This document shows positions 18,711 to 28,577 of a DNA stretch of 59,272 bases, in pieces. Under the pieces are notes generated by a model. That model saw only the letters and a program-made list of their open reading frames with translations, was not told the DNA's origin and made no database searches. Both the position numbers and the translations under genes were made by a program. The stretch is taken from sequence record SRR2962707_2554; one strand, given 5' to 3'. How positions within the stretch are numbered: position 1 is the stretch's first letter; each line of letters starts with the position of its first letter.

Positions 18711-19295
18711 TCAGTCGCATAATCCGATCTGGCAATTGGCGTCGGTCCAGATACCCTTTTCCATCATCTGGCTCACGCGCTGGAACTCCACCATAGAGGT
18801 GGTCGCCGCAAAAGCCGCCCCCGCTGTCACCAGCGTTTGCGCCAGAGGCCGACCGCCCAGATGGCAATCGACCAACCAGGCCTGTTGCGCCAGGAACTCC
18901 TGATGGCATCTGAGTGTCCGTCCCTGGATCAGCTTGCGCAGATAGGCGCGTGCCTGTTGACCACATGCAACAATATGCCCACGCAAATTGCGGCAAAGCT
19001 TTCGCGGCGGGATCGGCAATGCCGCCTTGATCACATAGTGACTGCCACCGATCGAAAATGTGGCGCTGTCATTGACACGAACATTTCGCGGCACCTTGAT
19101 CAACACCCCCAGATGATCGACGGGGCCAGCGATGCGCTCGAAATCCTGTTTCTGTCGGTCGACACGGACCGGATGCTCCGTCCAGATCGGGTCGGGAGCC
19201 TTGTCCCACAACGGACCCTGCTGAATCTGTGCCAAGCTGGCCGATCCAGCCAACATCCCGATCAGACAGGTGATCCCGTAGATCCGAAATTTCAT
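18711..19295 (-). CDS. Thermonuclease (SNase)-fold protein, ExoI-like
   Basis: C...CGQQARAYLRKLIQGRTLRC...C...LAQTLVTAGAA...KGIW; signal peptide; catalytic DGDT motif degenerate (DSAT). Confidence 0.75.
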   Translation of the reverse strand: MKFRIYGITCLIGMLAGSASLAQIQQGPLWDKAPDPIWTEHPVRVDRQKQDFERIAGPVDHLGVLIKVPRNVRVNDSATFSIGGSHYVIKAALPIPPRKLCRNLRGHIVACGQQARAYLRKLIQGRTLRCHQEFLAQQAWLVDCHLGGRPLAQTLVTAGAAFAATTSMVEFQRVSQMMEKGIWTDANCQIGLCD

Positions 19296-19368
19296 GACGA
19301 CACCAATACTGGCCACCCGATTGATAATTCCAGACTGCATCAATCCCATATTATCGGATGACAGACAA

Positions 19369-20151
19369 TCACTTGGAGCTTTCGGGAGATTCAAGCCACA
19401 TTTTGCGTCCGGACTTGTTTGACTTTCTCTCCTCGCCGGCAAGCGTATCGCTGACGATCAGCAAATTGTAGCGCGGAATCTCGGTATGTTCCCTGAATAG
19501 AGAGACCCGGTTGCCATTGTTCTTGATCTCGAACACCTCGAGTTTTCTCACATGCTCCAGTGTTTCGGGATCGGCTCCCCATCCGATTGCAGAGAGAATG
19601 TCGGCAGCTGCATCGACAGCCTTGCGCACGACCCGGTCTGAAATCGAGCCGGAGAGAAAATTGATCTTCAGGCGAACCGACGAAACCTGATCAGGCTGCA
19701 AGCCGCGCACAGAGATGTACAGCGATCCCACGGGGTCTTCGCTGTCCTCCAGCGCAGGCAAAAGCAGTTCATGGCTGCATTCCCAGGCCAGCTCGCCAAG
19801 ATCGGTCGCGGTCCACTCGGCATCGATCAGGCCCCGCTGCTGAAGTTCGCTGCAGATCTGGGCCGGGCTGCGGGTAATCGTCCGCCGAAAGGTCAGTGGA
19901 GGATTTGCCTGGCTCTCCAATAGACGCTCCGGCATGAGGATGATCGTACTCGGTGGCTTTGTCCGGTTTGCCCCTTCCTCGAACGAGTCAGCTTCGCCGC
20001 TGCTGGCGATGGGGTCGAAGCCAAAAGAAACCAGCAAGTTGTTGAGATTCTGCTTGTCATTGGCCATCAGCACAATGGAGCCAATGCCCGAGAATATCAC
20101 AGCCAGCAGCACCAGAAACAGTTTCGTGTTTTTCTCAGCGGTTTCAGCCAT
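19369..20151 (-). CDS. Membrane-anchored periplasmic hypothetical protein (possibly DUF6030-like)
   Basis: 260 aa, single N-terminal TM, WECS and VRLKINF motifs. Confidence 0.7.
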   Translation of the reverse strand: MAETAEKNTKLFLVLLAVIFSGIGSIVLMANDKQNLNNLLVSFGFDPIASSGEADSFEEGANRTKPPSTIILMPERLLESQANPPLTFRRTITRSPAQICSELQQRGLIDAEWTATDLGELAWECSHELLLPALEDSEDPVGSLYISVRGLQPDQVSSVRLKINFLSGSISDRVVRKAVDAAADILSAIGWGADPETLEHVRKLEVFEIKNNGNRVSLFREHTEIPRYNLLIVSDTLAGEERKSNKSGRKMWLESPESSK

Positions 20152-20554
20152 GGCGACCTTGTTCGTGACCTTTTACCAAATTCAACCACCGAATGGCCCG
20201 GAGTTTCCAGACGCCCTCAACGTTTATTGAATATCGTTTGAACGCACCGTGCGACAGTGTCCTGCTTCTCGCATGTTTGCGCTTCAGATTGTAGAACATC
20301 CCGAGACGATCGGACACGTCCCTCAAAGCATCTTTGCGCGCGTAATGGGTTGTGCACCAATTCCGTTTATGTTCAAGCAGGCTTCAACCGCACTGTATCT
20401 CAGTGCCGGAGTAACAATCAGCGGGCTGACTTGCTGGATCGGCAGCATGCGTCGCCCGGCCGATCCAGCCAGAAAAAGTCGTGCAGCGATAGCCATGCGA
20501 TCGGCTCTGCGCTCAAGATCCCTGCCGGAAGACGCTGTTTCAAAGGAATGACGT

Positions 20555-20953
20555 GTGCCACGCAAACAGCGAAGATACAGAAGACTGGCGATTGGAAGCG
20601 TGCTGACGATAATTCTGGCGCTGATCATCGCGGTGCTGACACTGGCGAAAATGCCCTCGGTCGGCCCCTCCGGATCGGACAAGTTCTTTCATGCCCTGGC
20701 CTTTGCCAGCCTGGCCTTTCCGCTAGCTTTGGTGCGACCAAAACTGGCGATCTGGGTGTTTGTGGGTGTCATCGCCTATGGCGCAAGCATTGAGCTGATC
20801 CAGCCCCATTTCGGACGGCACGCGGAGTGGGCCGACCTCATTGCCGACGGGATCGGCGCGGCTGTTGGCGCAATCGCGGCACGGTATCTCGGCTACCGCC
20901 TGCGGCAATCGCGCTGGAAGGACAGCACCCGGGATGTGGTGACAGACCCATAG
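20555..20953 (+). CDS. VanZ-family membrane protein
   Basis: DKFFHALAF, IELIQPHFGR, DLIADGIG. Confidence 0.85.
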   Translation: MPRKQRRYRRLAIGSVLTIILALIIAVLTLAKMPSVGPSGSDKFFHALAFASLAFPLALVRPKLAIWVFVGVIAYGASIELIQPHFGRHAEWADLIADGIGAAVGAIAARYLGYRLRQSRWKDSTRDVVTDP

Positions 20954-21134
20954 ACGCTGAAACCTGTAGATTACCATCGTCGCAGAGTGGTTGTGGAACT
21001 CACAGGATTTTCCGATTTTACGTTGGAATGGCTTGGGCCAGCTCGCTAGAGTATGAGCCACATTACCGACTCTATCCATTCCGGGCTTCGGGTTCCGTCA
21101 CGATGACAGACAATTTTACTGCTGGGCCGTTCTG

Positions 21135-22655
21135 ATGGCGAACAATCACATGTCGATGAGCGGATTTCATCCGGTTTTGTATGCATCCCGCGTGGCCATC
21201 ATCTTGTGGACGTTGTGCCTGCTGGTTGCGGTGTTTTCGTTTGGTACAGTTGACCGCAACGCACAGGCCCTATCGGTCATTCTGTGTGGCCTGGCTGCAG
21301 GCATCGGGTCCGTCTCTCCAGGTTTTCCCGGCGGCGCCGCGGGCCGGTTGCTTGGTTGGTTTGTCTGGATCCTGCTTGCACTGCTGTGTGTCATCGGGTT
21401 TCAGCTGTTGCCGCTGTCCGGACTGGCAGACCCGGCCTGGAGCGAGCTTGCCAAGATAGGGATCTCGAAAACTGGAACAATTTCGGTGGCGCCAGCCGAC
21501 ACAGTCGAGGCGATCTTGCCGCTGACGTTGCCTTGCCTGATGTTTCTGACAACCATCATTCTGCTCCAGAGTGATGAAAGTGCTGTCCGGGTGTTCGGAC
21601 TGGTTGCGATTGCCGGCGGTGTGATTACAGTCCTCACCCTGCTGCAGTTCCTGGTGACGCCAAACATGATCCTGTTGACCGATCTGCCTTTCAAGCGCGA
21701 CGGATTCAGTGCTTTTGTCATCAACAGAAACAATGCCGCGACCTTTCTCGGCGTAACCGCGCTGATGCTCTGCCCGGTCTTTCAAAAACACTATGCGGCG
21801 CTCGAAACAAAGCGAATCGTCAAGTGGATCCTCGACGGCGTCAGGCCTCCCGCGGCGGGCTCCATCTTCAAGACCATCGCCATTGCCATCCTGTTCAGCC
21901 TGACAATTGCAGCGCTGTTTCTCACCAAATCGCGCGGCGGGGTGCTGGCCAGCTTCTGTGGTTTCTTCGTGTTTTTCGTTCTGATGAGCTTTGGCAAGCC
22001 GGCAAACACCAGCAGGAACGCAGGCTTTTCCGGCAGCACGAGCACGTGGTCAAAACCGATTGTCCGGCTTGCCCTGGGTCTTGGCGCACTGGTCGCGGTA
22101 CTCGCGGTATTCGGAGGCAAGGTCTTGCTGCGCGCGGAAGTGCAAGGCACGGAGGATGGCCGGCTCTGCGTCTTGGACGGGTTGATCTCGGCTGCCACCG
22201 GGCACTGGATGACGGGCTCCGGCTTCGGGGCCTTCTCGGCGACGTTCCCGGCCTATCGTGATCCTTATTGCGGCATCTCAGGTTTCTGGGACCGCGCCCA
22301 TAATTCCTATCTCGAAGCCTTCATCGGTCTGGGGGCCGTGGCTCTCCCGTTCATTGTAGTGGTCGTGTTTCTGCTCTTCCGTGCCCTGCTGACAGGACTG
22401 CGGCAGCGCCGCCGTTTCCGGCCCTACCCGGCGGCCGGAATTGCGGTGCTGGTGCTGATACTCGTCCACTCCGCAGTTGATTTCTCCCTCCAGATCCCCG
22501 GCATCGCAGCTTACGTCGCTGTCTGCCTGGCCTTGATAATAACCATTAGCCTCGGCCGCACCTCACAGAAGCCAACCAGATCCCGATCAGGCAATCAGGA
22601 GCCAACACCCGCGCGACGGCGCAGCAGTCACCCGGGAGCTTCGACGTCAGGCTGA
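21135..22655 (+). CDS. O-antigen ligase (Wzy_C) family protein
   Basis: INRNNAA, TKSRGG, GSGFGAF, AHNSYLE, HSAVDFSLQIPG. Confidence 0.88.
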   Translation: MANNHMSMSGFHPVLYASRVAIILWTLCLLVAVFSFGTVDRNAQALSVILCGLAAGIGSVSPGFPGGAAGRLLGWFVWILLALLCVIGFQLLPLSGLADPAWSELAKIGISKTGTISVAPADTVEAILPLTLPCLMFLTTIILLQSDESAVRVFGLVAIAGGVITVLTLLQFLVTPNMILLTDLPFKRDGFSAFVINRNNAATFLGVTALMLCPVFQKHYAALETKRIVKWILDGVRPPAAGSIFKTIAIAILFSLTIAALFLTKSRGGVLASFCGFFVFFVLMSFGKPANTSRNAGFSGSTSTWSKPIVRLALGLGALVAVLAVFGGKVLLRAEVQGTEDGRLCVLDGLISAATGHWMTGSGFGAFSATFPAYRDPYCGISGFWDRAHNSYLEAFIGLGAVALPFIVVVVFLLFRALLTGLRQRRRFRPYPAAGIAVLVLILVHSAVDFSLQIPGIAAYVAVCLALIITISLGRTSQKPTRSRSGNQEPTPARRRSSHPGASTSG

Positions 22656-22754
22656 AGGCTCCAGAAAACCAGGCCAGGGCCCGGCAACGGACCCCTCAAT
22701 CCGACACGCGTGGTGCTCAAACGGCTCCAATTCCATTCACTCAGGATGCTGCTG

Positions 22755-23048
22755 CTACCATTCGACATCAGCCCGTGCCACGGTCCGGATTGCATTAGAA
22801 CGCACTGGCCTCGGTCGATACCCGCGCTTACGCTTCTGGCGTATCAGTTCGAGAAACAGATCAACCGCGTCACTCTCGTTCTCAAAATGATGCATCTTGC
22901 TCTGCCCGTGTCTGCCGATGCGGCCCCAGGTCCGCGTCAGGCAGGCTTCGCCAAACAATGTGCCTGAGATTTCCATGGCGTAATAACGGGCCATGTTTTT
23001 GGAGGCTTCGGTGCGTTCGACATAGATGTGATAGGGCTGCGCGATCAT
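22755..23048 (-). CDS. WGR domain-containing protein
   Basis: NMARYY...TLFGEACLTRTWGRIG...KRKRGY. Confidence 0.88.
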   Translation of the reverse strand: MIAQPYHIYVERTEASKNMARYYAMEISGTLFGEACLTRTWGRIGRHGQSKMHHFENESDAVDLFLELIRQKRKRGYRPRPVRSNAIRTVARADVEW

Positions 23049-23325
23049 AGCGACAGATTCCAGCACTCAGACGCGCGCGTCCAATGAGTTCGATGAATCA
23101 ATGGTGCGGGATAGATTCACGGTGCTAATAGGTGTCGTGGACCCGAATGCACCCGGCAGCGGTCCCCTCCTTCTTCGATCCTGATGCCTTCCCCTATGAG
23201 GGGCTTGTCCGCTGGTTCAGGCAGTAGCCGAAGAAATCCGCCATTCCGAAATCAATTCGTTGAATTACTATTCATGCATCAACGCCAAACTGGACCCCAA
23301 AAACAACTTGATCAAAACGGATACT

Positions 23326-24102
23326 CTAGTATCGCACTGGTTGCTTTGACCTGAAGGCAGCCAACCCCTTGGCGAGATCCGTGCCATCCACATGCAGCGC
23401 AGAACGTTCGAGTTCAGCGGCAATCCGGTATTGGCGATCCGGGGTGCGGGCTCTTTCGCCGGTCAGGAACTTGATGTGCCGGATCGCTTCTGGACTGCGC
23501 AGACTGATATCTCGGGCGATTTCCATCACCCGGTCCATCAGTCGCTCCTTTGGAACGACTTCGTTGATCAGGCCCCAGTCCCTCAGTGTTTCCGCATCGA
23601 CCAGTCCGGCGGTGTAGAAAAGTTGGGCGGCATGCGACGGTGATATCCGTTCACCCAAACGCACGGTAGCGCCTGCAGCAGGAACGACGCCATACCGTGT
23701 GTGCCCATCCCCGATCTTGATGCCTTCGGCTGCAATCAGAATGTCGCAGCAAAGAAGTGTCTCCAGGCCACCCGCGACCGCGGTGCCATTCACGGCCCCG
23801 ATGACCGGCACCGGCAGGTCTTCAAGAAGCTGAAGCACACCCATATTGTACTCAAGGTAGTCAAGCAGCGTCTTCTTGCTGGCATTCAGCGCTTGCTCGA
23901 ATTCGACCAGGTCACCGCCTGCGGAGAAAGCCCGCCCCGCGCCGGTCAAGATCAGCACGCGAAGTCCCGGCAGGGTGGCCAAATGAACAAGCTGGCTTTC
24001 CAGTGACTTCATCATCACCTGCGACATGGCGTTGAGGCTGTCCGGGCGGTTGAGAGTCAGTAAGGCAATACCGTCCTCGAATGTGAGCGTTACCGATTCC
24101 AT
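23326..24102 (-). CDS. Enoyl-CoA hydratase/isomerase family protein
   Basis: LNRPDSLNA, AFSAGGDL, AVNGTAVAGG; start at ATG 24102 just after the upstream stop. Confidence 0.93.
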   Translation of the reverse strand: MESVTLTFEDGIALLTLNRPDSLNAMSQVMMKSLESQLVHLATLPGLRVLILTGAGRAFSAGGDLVEFEQALNASKKTLLDYLEYNMGVLQLLEDLPVPVIGAVNGTAVAGGLETLLCCDILIAAEGIKIGDGHTRYGVVPAAGATVRLGERISPSHAAQLFYTAGLVDAETLRDWGLINEVVPKERLMDRVMEIARDISLRSPEAIRHIKFLTGERARTPDRQYRIAAELERSALHVDGTDLAKGLAAFRSKQPVRY

Positions 24103-24103
24103 C

Positions 24104-25996
24104 CTATTTGTCCTCTTCTGCACGACGTATCACATAGGTCTGCGACAGGGGTTTAAGCGCTGTGTCCAGCTCCGCGACCTGTTCGGCAGCGGCACCGGAG
24201 ACCGTAATGTCCACGACGGTGTGCTTTTGATCATCCAGACGCACGTCGGCGTCTACCTGGACTGCGGGTCCGCAAATTCGCACGACTTCCAGACGAACCT
24301 TTTCCTTGATCGCCAGGTCACGCAGGGTGGGTTTGAAAAGCTTGCCCACCGCCGTCACCGGAAGCGCGTCGATGAGCATGATGCTTTTCGGGCGCGCGGG
24401 CCGCTCATGAACACTGGCTTCCAGGTGCAGCCTAAGACCGACCATATCCAGCTCCGTACCTGCCACCGCGACAACGAACAAAGCCGGGACCTCACCGGCA
24501 TACTGGTCCGGCATGCCCACGGCTGCGCTGATCTCGACACCGGCGAACTGATTGGCAACATCCTCGATGGCGGCCGGGTCGATATTGTGCCCGCTGCGCA
24601 CGATCAGATCCTTCTCCCGCCCGGTGAGAAAGAGCCGGGCATCCGGGGTGAGATAGCCAACGTCTCCCGTGGTCAGCCATCCATCAGCATCCAGCGTTCC
24701 CTCGTTGTGGGCAGGATCGAGATATCCGGGAAAGACCTGTGGCCCCCGCACCTGAACGATGCCGCTCACATTGGGTTGGCATACCTCTGGTATGGAAGAA
24801 TGCAGACGAAGAATTCGGGTCTCGGAATAGGGCGCGCGAAATCCGACGCTGCCATCAATTGGCGTTCCATGTCCGGGATTGAAGGCGATCGCCGCCGCCG
24901 TCTCCGTCATTCCGTAAGTCTCGTAAAGCCTGATGCCGGTTGTCGCCGTAAAACGGCTGCCAACGGCCTTCGGCAACACCGCCCCGCCAGTGACAGCCAT
25001 CCGCACGCTGGAAATATCCGTTCCCGGCTTCCAGGAATTGGTCACGGCGCCGATGGAGGTGGGAACGCCCCCTACGACCGTCGCCTTGTAATGCTCGACA
25101 ATGTCCCAGTACCGCTCGACGACCTGCGGAAGCCGCAAGCCGTAAGGCGATGGCACGATGATGTGTCCGCCCGCCGCAAGCACCGACAGTCCCACGGTCA
25201 TGGTTCCGCCGACATGGAAGAACGGAAAGCCGTTGAAGACAACATCACCCTCATCATAGCCGAAGACCTGGGCGAACCCGAACGCGGCATGGATGTGGTT
25301 TCCGTGCGTCAACCGAACCAGTTTCGGCCGACCAGTGGTGCCCCCGGTGTGAAACAATGCGCAGACGGCGTCGCGATCTGCCGTCGGCTTGAAGTCGAGC
25401 CCATTGCTCGTGCAGCCGTCGATGGCGCCTTCGAGGCGAACATATCCGCGACGTCCTTCGGTGTCGCCACCGATAACGATGACATGCCGCAGCGACTGTA
25501 CCGCCTCGAGCGCCCCGAGCGCCTTGGACCAGCACATCTCATCGATCTGCCGGGCCGGGACGACCAGTATTGTTGCCTGCTCGGCGTTGAGCAGATCGAA
25601 GATCGCTTGCTGGTTCAGCAGATAATTGAGCGAACTGGCGGCACCGGCAACCTGGGCACCCCAGAGCAGAGGCGGCAGTTCGGCAAGCGTCGGTGCCAGA
25701 AACGCAGCCACGCCCTGACCGGGAGCCAGTCCCAGCCGGTGAAACATGTTGGCCGCCTGCGTGATCCCCGACAGCAATTCGCGGTGGGTGAGAACCGCCG
25801 CCACATCAGTCGGATCCTCGGACCGCAATACCGTCAGAGCTTTCGCCTCGCCGGCATGCTGCGCCGTGGCCCGAAACAGGTCGTAGATGTTGTTCGCCGT
25901 CACCAACTCATCATAGGGATGGCTTTCAATGGCAATGATGTCTTCGATGGTCCGGACCTGAGCCAAGGGCCGTGTCGTCTTGAGGTGCCGGTCCAT
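24104..25996 (-). CDS. Acyl-CoA synthetase (AMP-binding)
   Basis: HTGGTTGRPK, YGMTET, TGDVG, GREKDLIVRSGHNI, TAVGK. Confidence 0.94.
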   Translation of the reverse strand: MDRHLKTTRPLAQVRTIEDIIAIESHPYDELVTANNIYDLFRATAQHAGEAKALTVLRSEDPTDVAAVLTHRELLSGITQAANMFHRLGLAPGQGVAAFLAPTLAELPPLLWGAQVAGAASSLNYLLNQQAIFDLLNAEQATILVVPARQIDEMCWSKALGALEAVQSLRHVIVIGGDTEGRRGYVRLEGAIDGCTSNGLDFKPTADRDAVCALFHTGGTTGRPKLVRLTHGNHIHAAFGFAQVFGYDEGDVVFNGFPFFHVGGTMTVGLSVLAAGGHIIVPSPYGLRLPQVVERYWDIVEHYKATVVGGVPTSIGAVTNSWKPGTDISSVRMAVTGGAVLPKAVGSRFTATTGIRLYETYGMTETAAAIAFNPGHGTPIDGSVGFRAPYSETRILRLHSSIPEVCQPNVSGIVQVRGPQVFPGYLDPAHNEGTLDADGWLTTGDVGYLTPDARLFLTGREKDLIVRSGHNIDPAAIEDVANQFAGVEISAAVGMPDQYAGEVPALFVVAVAGTELDMVGLRLHLEASVHERPARPKSIMLIDALPVTAVGKLFKPTLRDLAIKEKVRLEVVRICGPAVQVDADVRLDDQKHTVVDITVSGAAAEQVAELDTALKPLSQTYVIRRAEEDK

Positions 25997-27492
25997 CAGT
26001 GCACCGCCGCATACATGATGGTGTGTTCGTCGGCCTTGTGGCCTGCAAACTCTTCAACAACCCGGCCCTGTCTGCACACCAGAATGCGGTCTGAAAGATG
26101 CAGGATTTCCGGCAGATAGGACGAGATCACCATGACCGCGATTCCCTCATCGGCAAGCCGGTTGATGAGCTGGTGGATCTCGGCAATGGCGCCGACGTCA
26201 ACGCCGCGGGTCGGTTCATCGAAGATGACGAGCTTGGGTTTCTGGACCAGAGCTTTCGCCACCACCACCTTCTGCTGGTTGCCGCCTGAAAGCTCGATCA
26301 CCCGCGCGTCACTGTTGATCGCCTTGACGTTCAACGTTCCGGTCCATTCCGTGGCAATCGCCTTCATCTCTTTCATGCTGATGACAGGCGATTTTGTCTG
26401 CCCTCCGGCAACAGCGGCGAGATAGATGTTCTCGGCGATCGACATGGTCTCGAAAAACCCCTCGATCTTGCGGTCCTCGGTGACATAGATGATGCCATCG
26501 AGAACAGCCGGACGCGGGACCCGGTAGCGCACCGAGCGGCCGTTCAGACGCACCTGCCCGCCGTGAAACGTGTCCCGTTTCAAGACCCCGGCAACAACCT
26601 TCGCCGCCTCGGTCCGGCCCGAGCCTATCAGGCCGAACACTCCGGCGATCTGTCCTGCAAACACCGAGAACGAGGTGTTACGCACCGCCTTGCCCATCGA
26701 CAGGTTTTGCACGCTTAGAACTTTTTCCCGGGCCCGGCGCACCTTGCGGTCCTTGCCGGATCCGTAGAGTTCATCGGAAAGCGAGCGCCCCACCATCGCC
26801 TGAACAATCTTTTCCCGGTTAAAATTCGAGGTTTCGTCGGTCACGACGTGCTGCCCGTCCCGCATTACCGTAATGCGATCCGAGATCTGCAGCGCCTCTT
26901 CGAGAGCATGCGAAATGAAGATGATCGAAACGCCACGATCACGCAGCCGCTCCACCAGCGAAAAGAACTGGTGCTTTTCCTCAGGCGTCAGCGTCGCCGT
27001 CGGTTCGTCGAAGATGATCACTTGCGCATTGTGGTGCACGGCGCGGGCGATCTCGACCATCTGCTTTTGCCCAGCCCCCAGGCTGGAGACCAGCGCCGTC
27101 GGATCGACATGGAAATTCAGCGATTGCAGAAATTGCTGTCCGGCGATGTAGATGCCCCGGAGGCGGTGGAAATGCTTGTCGTCTGCGAGATAAAGATTCT
27201 GCGCAACTGTGAGTGACGGCACCAGGCTGGTCTCCTGATAGACCATGGCGATACCGCGGTTGAGCGCTTCGAGTGGCGACCCCATCTCGACCTTCTGTCC
27301 GTCCATCCAGATTTCACCGGACGTCGGCTCCACAACGCCCGCCAGCATCTTGGTCAGGGTCGACTTGCCCGCACCGTTTTCACCGAGCAGGGCATGCACT
27401 TCGCCGCGTTCGAGCGTAAAGCTGACATCCTTGACCGCTGGCACACCGCGATATTCCTTGGTGCCATTCCTGAGTTCCAGTATCGGCGTCAT
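25996..27492 (-). CDS. Sugar-type (CUT2) ABC transporter ATP-binding protein
   Basis: GENGAGKST, DEPT, LSGGNQQK, DEPTRGVDVG; tandem NBDs. Confidence 0.95.
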   Translation of the reverse strand: MTPILELRNGTKEYRGVPAVKDVSFTLERGEVHALLGENGAGKSTLTKMLAGVVEPTSGEIWMDGQKVEMGSPLEALNRGIAMVYQETSLVPSLTVAQNLYLADDKHFHRLRGIYIAGQQFLQSLNFHVDPTALVSSLGAGQKQMVEIARAVHHNAQVIIFDEPTATLTPEEKHQFFSLVERLRDRGVSIIFISHALEEALQISDRITVMRDGQHVVTDETSNFNREKIVQAMVGRSLSDELYGSGKDRKVRRAREKVLSVQNLSMGKAVRNTSFSVFAGQIAGVFGLIGSGRTEAAKVVAGVLKRDTFHGGQVRLNGRSVRYRVPRPAVLDGIIYVTEDRKIEGFFETMSIAENIYLAAVAGGQTKSPVISMKEMKAIATEWTGTLNVKAINSDARVIELSGGNQQKVVVAKALVQKPKLVIFDEPTRGVDVGAIAEIHQLINRLADEGIAVMVISSYLPEILHLSDRILVCRQGRVVEEFAGHKADEHTIMYAAVH

Positions 27493-28577
27493 TCCTCACC
27501 TCCGATCTCTTCACTGGCAATGGAAACCACGACCCCGTCGCCACGCGCGGCAGCGAACACGCGCCCCTGATGCTCGACCACGCCGGTCACGCCATGGGTT
27601 GCCCCGTCGGCGCGGCTGTGAAGACTGAGCCGTGGCTGAAAGCCATCATCCAGCTTGACGCACAGTCCCGCGGACATGGTTGGAGACCAGGGCTTGAGCA
27701 GTCCCAACTGCTTGACGCCGCCTCCCTGCATCGCCTCGTAAAAACTGCGCCCGGAACGCAATTTCGGAGCGATCCAGAAATCCTGCGGCACTTCGGCAAT
27801 CATGCGCCGCCGATAGGCGGGTTCGCGCAGCACAAATTCAACCAATTGACTGCGTGGCGCGAACATCGCCAGCCAGAAACTGTCTTCCGCAGCCGAAATC
27901 CTGCCGGGATAACCGGGCAGTTCCGCGTAAAGCACCTCCGGCGTACCAGCGCCGGACTGGTTGATGCGCACAAGACGATGTTTCCACGCCTCCGCATAAA
28001 CCAGCGTGTCGCCCTCAATCACGATCCCTGCCGGATAGGCGAGACCTCCGGCAATCTGCGTCACCGTGCCGGTTTCAAGTTCAACCCGCCAGATGCTGCC
28101 CGATGCGTTGCGCTGTAACAAATCTAGTTGCCAATTGTCTGGCCCATTGCTGGCCGAGCCATTGGTAATAAAAAGCATACTGCCTGATGCGGCCATCGCC
28201 GTGATGCAGCGCATATCCGGGGATGCCGCATATCGGCGTCCGTCGAATGTGCCGCCATCAATTAGGATTTCGCCGGATAACAGCGCCACGACCAGCCCGT
28301 CGGGACCGATCGGTGCCAGACAGGCGATCTTGTCCTCATAGGTTCCGCGCTTGTCCCATTTCCCGCCCTTGGAGAGGGAATAAACACTGCCTCCCGCCGA
28401 GGCCATCAACGTACCGGATATTTCAGCCAGACAATCGACGTCGGCAAGTTCAAACCGTTCAACCGCCTCATCTAGCATGCGGTTTGGACACAGCGCACCG
28501 TCCAGCGGCGGTACGGTCACAGCCGCCTCGCCACGTCCGAGCAGATTGTCCCAGGTACGGATTAGCCCGCTGATCAT
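27489..28577 (-). CDS. Strictosidine-synthase-like beta-propeller protein (metal ligands degenerate)
   Basis: GLAYPAG, AEAWKHRL, LPGYPGRI, FWLA; start ATG 28577 overlapping the upstream stop, with GGAGG RBS. Confidence 0.82.
   Translation of the reverse strand: MISGLIRTWDNLLGRGEAAVTVPPLDGALCPNRMLDEAVERFELADVDCLAEISGTLMASAGGSVYSLSKGGKWDKRGTYEDKIACLAPIGPDGLVVALLSGEILIDGGTFDGRRYAASPDMRCITAMAASGSMLFITNGSASNGPDNWQLDLLQRNASGSIWRVELETGTVTQIAGGLAYPAGIVIEGDTLVYAEAWKHRLVRINQSGAGTPEVLYAELPGYPGRISAAEDSFWLAMFAPRSQLVEFVLREPAYRRRMIAEVPQDFWIAPKLRSGRSFYEAMQGGGVKQLGLLKPWSPTMSAGLCVKLDDGFQPRLSLHSRADGATHGVTGVVEHQGRVFAAARGDGVVVSIASEEIGGEE

Noticed and set aside
24026-26119. 697-aa plus-strand ORF
   Set aside because: Antisense to the acyl-CoA synthetase with no recognisable motifs; expected from GC-rich codon bias
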